A stretch of DNA of 64,000 nt from the NCBI GenBank assembly GCA_041694515.1, contig JASMSZ010000054.1, positions 1,074 to 65,073 of the forward strand, written 5' to 3'. The DNA comes from Halanaerobium sp. GTDB taxonomy: Bacteria; Bacillota; Halanaerobiia; Halanaerobiales; Halanaerobiaceae. This document shows, in pieces, positions 39,682-49,000 of this stretch (position 1 is the stretch's first letter; every line of letters begins with the position of its first letter). The notes under the pieces were generated by a model. The model worked only from the letters and a program-made list of their open reading frames with translations. It had not been told where the DNA came from and made no database searches. Position numbers and translations under genes: made by a program.

Positions 39682-40317
39682 CTAATTGGTTTTTAGTTTA
39701 AAATTATTACTTCTGTATTTTTGATATAGTTCTTTAAAATCCAGGTCAACAGTAATTTCTTGATAGTCAGAGGGATAACGATAAATTTTTTCTGGTACTA
39801 GATCAAACAAATTACGCAGTCCAGCTTCACCTTCAAGTTTTAAAACAATTTTTCTAAATTTATTTTTTATGAGTACCGGGTGGCCTTTTTGTCCCTGGTA
39901 CTCAGGTAGAAAAATTTCTGCTTCAAGTTCTAAACATTTTTGATAAAATTCACTGTATATCTCAGGCCCAATAAATGGCTTATCTGCCAGGGTAAAAAGC
40001 AGATATTGATTTTCTGCTGGCAGCTGGGTTAGTGCCTTTTTAACTGAAGACATCATCCCTTTTTGATAATCATCATTTTCCACAATTTTAAGAATTCCAT
40101 TTTTCAACTCATTCCTGTATTTTCTCAGCAAATACTTTTTGACTTTTTCCTTTTCAGCACCAACTACAACTTTCAGCTCCTCATCCACAATTTCTGCTGC
40201 CAGCAGATTATCAATAGTTTTACCAAGTATAGTATTCTCCTCTTCCCAGTCCAGAAGCTGCTTTAATTCACCCATTCTTTTTGCCTCTCCGGCCGCCAGA
40301 ACAACTGCTGTCAGCAT
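39682..40317 (-). CDS. MocA-like molybdenum cofactor nucleotidyltransferase
   Basis: VVLAAGEAKRMG..KQLL, GMMSSV, ADKPF and GHPV. Confidence 0.85.
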   Translation of the reverse strand: MLTAVVLAAGEAKRMGELKQLLDWEEENTILGKTIDNLLAAEIVDEELKVVVGAEKEKVKKYLLRKYRNELKNGILKIVENDDYQKGMMSSVKKALTQLPAENQYLLFTLADKPFIGPEIYSEFYQKCLELEAEIFLPEYQGQKGHPVLIKNKFRKIVLKLEGEAGLRNLFDLVPEKIYRYPSDYQEITVDLDFKELYQKYRSNNFKLKTN

Positions 40318-40319
40318 AA

Positions 40320-41750
40320 TTAAGACTTCACCGGAACCCAGACAGAATAGCCTTTTTCTGCTGTACCTTTTACTTTAAATTGCCCATTTGCCTTACCATC
40401 AGTTTTAACTTTTTCTTCAATATTGCCTGTATAATCATAATACTCTGTATCTGCCTTACCTGAGTTAACCGTTTTTTCTATAATTTTTCCATTTTCATGT
40501 TTGGTAATCATCATTACCAGTCCACTGCCGGGATGATCCTGATCACCACTGCGAATATAAGAATAAGTATTTTCATCATTAGACTCACTCTCATAAGCTT
40601 CCCCATAGGCAAATTTTTTGCGGGCTTCAATTAAGTTGTCAATTACCTTTTTTAAGCCAAAATGATGATAATCCTTCCAGAACACTTTGGGCACTCCATC
40701 TTTACGCATTAAAATATAGCAGTATGCCTGCAGCTTTCTTTGAGCAACAGCTTCTGTAGGATATTCACTTTCTTCATCTCTTTCTGTATCATGATTTTCA
40801 ATAAATGTTATAGCCCGATGTTGATAACCCTTTCTGTTAACCAGACCTTTTTCTCCCATCCAGCGCAGATCTAAATTTCCATGCATCAGCTCTATAAATC
40901 TTTCTCTTAAAGGAAAATCAAAAACATGTAATTTCGGATGATCAATTGCCTCTAAATAGTCAACTAAAGTATCAACATCATTAATCCAGGCTTCTCCAAT
41001 ATAAAATAATTCTTTCTCTGAAGACTGATCTGTCTTTTCTATAAAATCATAAATCATGGAGTTATCTACATGTTTGCTGGCATCAAAACGAAAACCATCG
41101 AATCCTATTTCATTAATTATCCATTTACCCCAGTTGATAGTATCTTCTCGTACAGCCTGGTTTTGATAATCCAAATTAGCCCCCATCAGATAGTCATCAG
41201 CAAAAGAATTATCCCATTCTTTTGTATTAAAAAGCATCTCCCCTGCCTCTTGAGTCAATTCATTCCAGTCTGTTCCATCAAAGCAAATCCAGTCTAACTT
41301 TAAAGAACTGTATTTATTATCCCGACCTGGAAAATTAAATTTTGTCCAGACTTCTGCCTCAGAACCATCTTTTAATTTTACTTTTTCTTTTTCATCAGCA
41401 CCCATTCGGTGATCCAAAACTGCATCATATAATAATTTTAAATCATATTTATGCAGCTCATCTACAGCCTGCTGCAGCTCTTCTCTAGTTCCATATTTTG
41501 TTCTTTTAGCCCCTTTTTGCTCAAATTCTCCCAGATCCCAGAGATCATAGGTGCCATAACCAACATCATCAACACCAGCAGCTCCTTTATTTGCAGGAGG
41601 AAACCAGAGCAAATCAAAACCTGACTCTGCAATCTCTTCTGCCTGCTCAGCCAGCAGCTGCCATAAATTTACCTCTTCCGGATATTCTTCTGCATATTTG
41701 CCGGTATTCATCTCCCAGTAAAAAGTCTGTAAAATAACAGGATTCTCCAA
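40320..41750 (-). CDS. Cytoplasmic alpha-amylase (GH13_5)
   Basis: DVGYGTYDLWDLGEF, DYLMGANLD, DGFRFDASKH, IGEAW and FIENHDT; no signal peptide. Confidence 0.92.
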   Translation of the reverse strand: MENPVILQTFYWEMNTGKYAEEYPEEVNLWQLLAEQAEEIAESGFDLLWFPPANKGAAGVDDVGYGTYDLWDLGEFEQKGAKRTKYGTREELQQAVDELHKYDLKLLYDAVLDHRMGADEKEKVKLKDGSEAEVWTKFNFPGRDNKYSSLKLDWICFDGTDWNELTQEAGEMLFNTKEWDNSFADDYLMGANLDYQNQAVREDTINWGKWIINEIGFDGFRFDASKHVDNSMIYDFIEKTDQSSEKELFYIGEAWINDVDTLVDYLEAIDHPKLHVFDFPLRERFIELMHGNLDLRWMGEKGLVNRKGYQHRAITFIENHDTERDEESEYPTEAVAQRKLQAYCYILMRKDGVPKVFWKDYHHFGLKKVIDNLIEARKKFAYGEAYESESNDENTYSYIRSGDQDHPGSGLVMMITKHENGKIIEKTVNSGKADTEYYDYTGNIEEKVKTDGKANGQFKVKGTAEKGYSVWVPVKS

Positions 41751-41939
41751 TGTTAATCCTCCTCAAGAATAGTAATTAGCTCAAATACCCTATGTTTGAA
41801 TTGTCTAATAATTTTAAGTAAAAACTTCTGCTTATTAATTATTTTATCATAAATTGAAGCATTTTTACATTAATTTCAATTGATAAAATAAAAAATCCCC
41901 TCTACAGGAGATTTCGACATAATCTGACAGGTTCACGGT

Positions 41940-41981
41940 GCGCGAACATAAATGAACAAAAACATTCATAAACGTTCATAA
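41940..41981. repeat. Four 10-bp-phased half-sites in dyad symmetry (GAAC-N6-GAAC-N6-ATTC-N6-GTTC)
   Basis: gcgaacataa atgaacaaaa acattcataa acgttcataa. Confidence 0.6.
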
Positions 41982-41986
41982 AAATT

Positions 41987-42015
41987 AAAACCCCGCCCAG
42001 AACCCTGGACGGGGT
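41987..42015 (-). terminator. Terminator of the csp gene
   Basis: ACCCCGTCCAG-GGTT-CTGGGCGGGGTTTT on the minus strand. Confidence 0.8.
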
Positions 42016-42045
42016 AAGTTGTCTCAGTTTATACAGTTTTAAACT

Positions 42046-42249
42046 CTATAACTTCACAACGTTTTCAGCTTGTGGACCGCGGTCGCCTTCAACGATTTCG
42101 AATTCTACTTCCTGGTCGTCTTCAAGTGTCTTGAAACCTTCGTCCTCAATAGCTGAGAAGTGTACAAATACATCGTCGCCATCTTCTCTTTCAATAAAAC
42201 CATAACCTTTTTTCGCGTCAAACCATTTTACTTTACCTGTGTAAATCAT
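42046..42249 (-). CDS. csp: Cold-shock protein
   Basis: [29 protein letters not shown] and GPQAENV. Confidence 0.97.
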   Translation of the reverse strand: MIYTGKVKWFDAKKGYGFIEREDGDDVFVHFSAIEDEGFKTLEDDQEVEFEIVEGDRGPQAENVVKL

Positions 42250-42322
42250 AATTAATTCATTCCCCCTAGGAATAATTCTATATTTGGGGTTCGTTCAGTT
42301 AAAACTCCACCCATCGATAGTG

Positions 42323-42351
42323 ATTATACCATAAGAAAAAAACCATTTCAA
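42323..42351 (-). promoter_or_regulatory. Sigma-A promoter of csp
   Basis: TTGAAA-N17-TATAAT. Confidence 0.75.
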
Positions 42352-42390
42352 GGGTTTATTTTTGACAATTTATTTCAAATTCAAAATATT

Positions 42391-44925
42391 TTATTCCAGG
42401 TCTCTATAGAACTTAACCATATCTCTGCCTGCACCTTTGGCAATATAAAGGGCTGTATCTGCCTGTTTAATTAATCGCTCAGCAGAATATTTCCCTTCCC
42501 CATTAACCGCCACTCCTATCGAAACAGTTATTTTTAATTTTTCACCTTCAAAATCAACTTCCAGATCTCGTATTTTATTCATTAAACGGCTGATTACTCT
42601 GGATAAAATGCTCTGATCAACTACTTTAAAATAAATTACAAATTCTTCCCCACCATAACGGGCGACAATATCATTTTCTCTGATTTCTGACTGTAAAACT
42701 TCTGATAATTCTCTTAAAACCTGATCTCCAGCCTGGTGACCGTACTGATCATTAAAATCTTTAAAGTTATCAATATCCATTATGGCAACTGAATATTTTT
42801 CTCCATCTTTCTGCTGCAGCTGCTTATGGAAATAGGAATGATTATAAAGATTGGTCAGGCCGTCAGTAACCGATAATCTTTTTACCTTATGATGGTTTAA
42901 AGCATTTCGAATGCTGACCCGAATCTGATTGGCCAGAGTTCTGATAAACTTTTTCTGATCTTCATTAATTAACTGCTGGTATTTGGACTGCATTGCATAA
43001 AGAATTCCCTGGTAATCATTTAAATTAATGGGGATGGCAATTAAAGTCTCAATATTTTCAAAAACATCAACCTCATTTTCTATCAATATTTGTTCTGAGG
43101 CTGCAATATCTTTATAGTGACCTTTTAAGTAGAAAAATAATTCACTTTTTGCCTCTACATTAATATTTTTCATCATCTTTAACTTGTTATCTTCCTGTTT
43201 AAAAATTACTGCAGCTGACATCCCCATTGTCCCCACTATTATATCAAGTATGCGCTCATAAAGCAGATCTAAGTCCAGAGTTGAATAAAGAAAGTCAGAA
43301 GTTTGCTCCAGAGTTGAGAGGCTGGCTAAGTTTCGCTCCAGACTTTCATATAAAATTGCTTTTTTTAGGTAATTCGGAATCTGCTCTATAAAAAGATGAT
43401 TTTTTTTAATGTCATAAAGATCTACTTCATTACTTAAAATTATCATTAGAGCTTCTACTTCTTCAGCCAGGGGAATTAAAAATGCATTTTCAAAACCCAG
43501 AACATCTTTTTTGCTGATAATCTTTGTCGGCCGCTCCTGCCAGAATTCTTTAAATGCATCATAGGCTTCAGCTCCCAGATTATCATCCAGATAAATTTTA
43601 ATTAAATTTTCGGCTTCCTCAATTATTATTCCACCACTATAATCCTGCTCCTCAAAAATCATTTTAAAAAGGATAGCAGCAGTTTCCTCAACCTTATGAT
43701 TACCGGTTGCCCGATTGGCTTTCCTCATTTTATTATTAATCATTTCCAGCTCGGAAACTACTTTTTTGGATAAGTAAAAAAGATGCTCAGTTTTTACATC
43801 CGGTTTTTCTGTATCAAATTCTATTTTCTGATGTACAACCTCATTCTTTTCGCTTAAATACAGAACAGTAGTTGTAATATTTAAATACTCAAATCTATTA
43901 TCTATAATTCCATACTCTCCACCCGAACAAAAACCTGCCTTGGGAGCAGGAATAACTTTAATTTCTTCACTCAAACTGGAATTAAGTGATTTTAAATATC
44001 GGTTTCTCCCGGTACAGGAATAAACAAATGAAAACTCAGGATAAAAATCAAGATTTTTCTGCAGCCGCATTGAATTAGAAAGGATTTTATTTAAACTGCC
44101 GTAAGAAATTTTAACCTGATCACCAGTCTTTAACTCACCCGAAAACTTAATACCATCCCCCACAACCTCAGTTGCAGAACGTGCATTTTGAAAGCCTCTA
44201 TTTAAAAGCAGCGGAAATTCTGCTGCAGCTGCAGTAGGTAACTTATCCTTAATATCCTCTCCTAAAAATTCGGAATAAACCTGAAAAATATTCCTGCCAT
44301 CAAGCTCATATACTACCTGGTTTTCAGCCTTTGTAATTTCCATTTCTCTACTAATACTGTCCCAGCCCATACTGTAATTCCATTTAGCTTTCAGCTGGCT
44401 GCCGTTAAGAATCAGAGCCAGACTGCCTTTTTTGATTATTCCATTTTTATCAAAAAGATAGCACTGCTCATTTTCTCCACCCGGGTTGGCCTGACCGCCT
44501 GCAATTACAGGTATAGTCTCCAGTTTATTAAGTTCTTCGACTAGTTGATCTCCATTTGTATATTTTTTATCAGAAAAAATTATTATTGCTTTAGTATCAG
44601 CTTCTACTGCTTCCATTATTTTTTGGGCATTTTCCCGGCTGCTCAACTCACTTTTCAGCAGTTTAAAACTACTTTTTTCAAAGAGCAGTGCTGCTGCAGT
44701 TATTGTATTCAGGTTAACTTCATTACCAAAAATTATCTCTTCTGCACTGACCCCAATTAAAGTGGATAGGGGTAAATAGCGATTAAAGGCAGATATTATT
44801 TTCTTATTCACCGTTTCAGATTTAGCTGAAAAAATCTGTACTACCTGAGCAGGTGAATCTTTAATTTTTTTGAAAAAATTTACTAGCTCATTTGAACTCT
44901 GACCTTGTATTGTTTCTACCTGCAA
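42391..44925 (-). CDS. FIST-GAF-GGDEF diguanylate cyclase
   Basis: N-terminal FIST (IAGGQA, YELDG, YSCTGR, GEYG), GAF-like middle region, TDGLTNLYNH, MDIDNFK..ND.YGH.AGD, and RENDIVARYGGEEF with RxxD I-site. Confidence 0.9.
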   Translation of the reverse strand: MQVETIQGQSSNELVNFFKKIKDSPAQVVQIFSAKSETVNKKIISAFNRYLPLSTLIGVSAEEIIFGNEVNLNTITAAALLFEKSSFKLLKSELSSRENAQKIMEAVEADTKAIIIFSDKKYTNGDQLVEELNKLETIPVIAGGQANPGGENEQCYLFDKNGIIKKGSLALILNGSQLKAKWNYSMGWDSISREMEITKAENQVVYELDGRNIFQVYSEFLGEDIKDKLPTAAAAEFPLLLNRGFQNARSATEVVGDGIKFSGELKTGDQVKISYGSLNKILSNSMRLQKNLDFYPEFSFVYSCTGRNRYLKSLNSSLSEEIKVIPAPKAGFCSGGEYGIIDNRFEYLNITTTVLYLSEKNEVVHQKIEFDTEKPDVKTEHLFYLSKKVVSELEMINNKMRKANRATGNHKVEETAAILFKMIFEEQDYSGGIIIEEAENLIKIYLDDNLGAEAYDAFKEFWQERPTKIISKKDVLGFENAFLIPLAEEVEALMIILSNEVDLYDIKKNHLFIEQIPNYLKKAILYESLERNLASLSTLEQTSDFLYSTLDLDLLYERILDIIVGTMGMSAAVIFKQEDNKLKMMKNINVEAKSELFFYLKGHYKDIAASEQILIENEVDVFENIETLIAIPINLNDYQGILYAMQSKYQQLINEDQKKFIRTLANQIRVSIRNALNHHKVKRLSVTDGLTNLYNHSYFHKQLQQKDGEKYSVAIMDIDNFKDFNDQYGHQAGDQVLRELSEVLQSEIRENDIVARYGGEEFVIYFKVVDQSILSRVISRLMNKIRDLEVDFEGEKLKITVSIGVAVNGEGKYSAERLIKQADTALYIAKGAGRDMVKFYRDLE

Positions 44926-45040
44926 TTTTTACACCCTTCCACCAAATAGTCTTTATCTTTTAAAAATTATTTAAGTATTTAAAAAATTACCTACACTTAA
45001 TTGATTTCTCTCTTTATTTACAAGTTCCTGCAAATTAGGA

Positions 45041-45074
45041 AAAAAATAAAGGAACTATCATTATGATAGTTCCT
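45041..45074 (-). terminator. Terminator of the nrdD-nrdG-small ORF operon
   Basis: AGGAACTATCAT-A-ATGATAGTTCCT hairpin with TTTATTTTTTT tail. Confidence 0.85.
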
Positions 45075-45132
45075 CGGCAATAGTTGATAGTTATAATTAG
45101 ACAAATTTATAAGTCTAAATATTTTATTCAAT

Positions 45133-45261
45133 CTATTCTTCATCATATTTAAAAGTCCTGCGGTCTTTAAATTCTTCTTTTTTTCCTTTATTCCATTCAG
45201 AAACTGGTGACAGATAACCAACAACTCGCGAATAAATTTCACACTTTTGTTTTTTAGCCAT
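45133..45261 (-). CDS. Stand-alone 42-aa glycyl-radical segment of class III RNR (MAKKQKCEIYSRVVGYLSPVSEWNKGKKEEFKDRRTFKYDEE); absent from ORF track
   Basis: GGGAGG SD, ATG 45261, TAG 45133. YSRVVGYL.PV..WN.GK.EEF.DR is the canonical NrdD C-terminus carrying the radical Gly. Confidence 0.9.
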   Translation of the reverse strand: MAKKQKCEIYSRVVGYLSPVSEWNKGKKEEFKDRRTFKYDEE

Positions 45262-45350
45262 TTTTAAACCTCCCTAACTTATTATGATTTTGCTGCCTTC
45301 TTTTCCACACTGAAAATAGACAGCTGCCGGCAGCAGTGCCAGCTATATAA

Positions 45351-46049
45351 TTAGTCTCTTATTTGAACATTTTTAAGATATTTTTCTGCAGCTAACTTGA
45401 ATTGTTCCAGTTCTGAAGGTGCAAAAGAGCGCTGATCTCGCAACCCGGGAGCGAGAGTATTTACCGGCCTGAAATTTTGAATATAATATTTTTCTGCACC
45501 TTTAATTTGCTGAGCAATCTTTTTTATCTCTTCTTGATTATGCAGTCCTGGAACAACTGTAGTCCTGAACTCATAATTTAAATCAGATTTGATTATCATT
45601 TCAACTGAACTTTTGATATCTGAAATCAAGCCGGCTGGAGCCAGCTGTTCATAACTGGCCCAGCTAAATTTGATGTCAACTGCCAGATAATCTATTAAAT
45701 CTGCCTCAATCAACTTCTGCAGCTTCTCAAAATTGCTGCCGTTAGTATCCAGTTTGAGCAGCAACCCATGCTCTTCTTTTATTTTAAGCATAAAATCTTT
45801 TAAATCAGACTGCAGCAGCGGCTCCCCTCCCGTAATTGTAACTCCATCCAAAAGATTTTGCCGCTGCTCCAGAAAACCGAAAAAATATGATTCCGGCATC
45901 AATTCTTTGCCCTCTGACAGGTTGAATGGAATCAGCTGCCTGTTGTGACAATAAGGACATTGAAAATTACAGCCCTGAGTAAAAACAACAGCTGATATCT
46001 GGTCCGGAAAATCAATAACCGAAGTTTTCTGCAGTCCTGCCAGCCGCAT
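45351..46049 (-). CDS. nrdG: Anaerobic RNR activating radical SAM enzyme
   Basis: DFPDQISAVVFTQGCNFQCPYCHN, ITGGEP, KLDTNGS and YEFRTT. Confidence 0.93.
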   Translation of the reverse strand: MRLAGLQKTSVIDFPDQISAVVFTQGCNFQCPYCHNRQLIPFNLSEGKELMPESYFFGFLEQRQNLLDGVTITGGEPLLQSDLKDFMLKIKEEHGLLLKLDTNGSNFEKLQKLIEADLIDYLAVDIKFSWASYEQLAPAGLISDIKSSVEMIIKSDLNYEFRTTVVPGLHNQEEIKKIAQQIKGAEKYYIQNFRPVNTLAPGLRDQRSFAPSELEQFKLAAEKYLKNVQIRD

Positions 46050-49000
46050 CTAATTGACACCACTTTCTGCTTTAATTTTTTCTTTATTATTTTTTTTAAC
46101 TTCTGATTCTGCTTCACATTTAGGGCAGTACTGATGCTCTCCCGGCAGATAACCGTGAACCGGACAGATGCTGAAGGATGGAGTCAGGGTATAATAAGGA
46201 AGTTTAAAATTTTCAGCAATTCTTTTAACCAGCTTTTTAGTGGCTTTAATGGAGTCTATTTTTTCTCCCAGAAATCCATGAAGTACCGTACCCCCAGTAT
46301 AAAGTGACTGAAGTTCATCCTGCAGCTCTAAAGCTGTAAATATATCATCAGTTAAGCCCACCGGCAGCTGAGTTGAATTAGTATAATAGGGATCTGCATC
46401 TTCTTTTACTACCCGCTCCTGATTGGCAGCAATTATCTGATTACCAAACTTTTCTCTGTCCAGGCGGGCAAAACGATAGGCTGTACTTTCAGCCGGAGTT
46501 GCTTCCAGATTATACAGATTATCTGTTTCTTCCTGATACTGCTGCAGGAGCTCTCTCATCTTTTCCATTACTTCTTTAGAAAACTGCTGGCCTTCTGGAG
46601 TTGAAATATCCTTACCCATAAAATTGAGGAGAGCCTCATTCATTCCGTTGAGACCAATTGTATTAAAGTGATTTTTCCAGTACTGATCAAAGCGCTTTTT
46701 TATATCTTTTAAATAAAATTTTGCGTAAGGATATAATCCCTGCTCAGTTAGGGTTTCCAAAACTTTGCGCTTAACTTCTAAACTTTCTTTTGCCTGATCC
46801 ATCAGATAATAGACCCTCTCCATAAATTCTTCTTTAGTCTGAGCCTGATAACCGATCCGGGGCATGTTTAAAGTTACCACGCCTATGCTGCCTGTCATCG
46901 GGTTAGCCCCAAATAAGCCTCCTCCTCTTTTGCGGAGCTCTTTGTTATTAAGACGCAACCGACAGCACATACTCCTTGCATCTTCAGGATCCATATCCGA
47001 ATTGACGAAATTGGAATTATGAACAACCACATTATTTTTTAATGTAAATAAATGATTTTTACTATTAACATGAATGTCAACAGTTGATATTTCTTTTTTT
47101 ATATTTGTTAAACTTTTTATTTCTACATAATTATTTGTTTCTTTAATTTTATTTACAAATAAATATATTCCATCTGTATCTTTTTTTACTCTAAATATAT
47201 CCTTCTCCTTATATTGACGGAAGTCTTTACCAAATTCGTTTAATGACTGTTTTTTTGTTATGATCTTATCTCCTAAATTAGGTTTGTTGCTATCTTTTGC
47301 TATTAACCTGCAGGCTTTTCTTGTTATTGAAAATCCAATTTTATCTTTAAAAATTTTTATATTTTTTTCTCCATGAATTCTAATCTCCCCATACTTTTTC
47401 CTTGAAGACTTATAATATGCTGCTATTCCAAGAAACATTAAAAGTTCTAATACCTGTTGTAATAACTTTCTATTTTTAAGAGTAAGAGTAATAATAGGAT
47501 TCCCACTATTATTTATTGAAATAGATCCATCAGTATCAAATAGTCCTCTTAATAATGCTCCAATTTCTTCATCATTTCTTTTATATATAATTTGGGGTAT
47601 TTCTTTTTCATCTCCTCTTCCAAATTTTAATCCTATATGTTTCAAAAATTCTTTTAAAATTTTTGAATTTACAGTTACATCCAGACAAGTCTTACTGCTT
47701 CCAGCTTTTGAAATTGAACTATCTAAATCAAATTTATCATTGATAGTCTTTACAAAAAAATCTATAATTTCACTATCATTACTGGTTAAACGAATAGAGT
47801 TCTTAGTCTTTGATAAATAGCCATCTCCTAACAATTGACCAACCATTTCAAATATGTCTTTATCTAGTTTTTGAGGTATCCTTATATCTTTCAATGTAGT
47901 TTGAAATCTATTGGGTTCATAATTAAATTTTTTAATTATTTTCCTTTCTCTATTTCTAATTCTTAAACAATAAAAATCATCAATCTCATTTTTATTTAAT
48001 TTTTCAAATCTTATCTTTTTTCCTGATTTATCAATTATATCAAAAAGATGATGATTCTCATATGATAGTATAAACCCATTTTCAAAAACAATTTGTTTAC
48101 CATATTCCTGCAATTTATCATTAAGTGTTAAGTCTTCAGCCTTTTTTAAACCATTATCTGTAGGAAATTTATGATTCTTAGAACATTCAATTTTCTGTTG
48201 TTTTTCTGTAATTATTTTAATATATTCTTTATGATTATTTTTAAATAAATTAGTTATGCTATAAAAATTACCATCATCACCTAAAACTTTATCTTTACTG
48301 ATATTAATATTTTTTAATTGTTTGGATCCTTTATCAGTTATGATAAATGTATCTTCACTCAAACAAAAATATGGTATCCCGAATTTTGCTGTCATTTCCC
48401 AGACCGGATCCAGTTTTTCATTTTCCCACTCAAAGTCCTCAGTTATGTTGTAAGTAGGAATCGGAAAAGAAAACATTCTGCCCTTGGCATCACCCTCCAT
48501 CATCAATTCAGCAAAGGCTTGGTTAAGCATATCCATCTCCTGCTGAAATTCTCCATAGCATTTTTCCTGATACTGGCCACCAATTATAACCGCCTGATCT
48601 TTTAAATAATTGGGAATCTCGAGGTCCATGGTGATATTTGTAAAAGGACTCTGAAATCCAACTCGGGTCGGCACATTCATATTAAATAAAAATTCCTGCA
48701 CTGCCTGCTTAACTTCTTCGTAATCTAGGTTATCATAGGCAATAAATGGTGCCAGATAGGTGTCAAAATTGGAAAAAGCCATTGCGCCTGAAGCCTCTCC
48801 CTGTAATGTATACATGAAATTTACAATTTGTCCAAGTGCTGTCTTTAAATGTTTTGGGGGAGCACTTTCAATTTTGGTTGGAACTCCTCTAAAACCAGTC
48901 CGCAGTAACTCCTCTAAATCCCACCCACAGCAGTAAACACTCAAGTTACCCAGATCATGAATATGTAAATCACCACTGCTGTGCAGTTTGGCAGTTTCTT

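Noticed and set aside
41903-41935. Possible dif/Xer site (TTATGTCGAAA on the minus strand)
   Set aside because: Only a loose XerD-like arm; the XerC arm does not match, and the uniform gene orientation argues against a terminus here
45018-45242. ORF-track 74-aa ORF (MKFIRELL...)
   Set aside because: Wrong frame: the overlapping frame 45261-45133 has the SD and the NrdD C-terminal motif, and this ORF runs through the terminator
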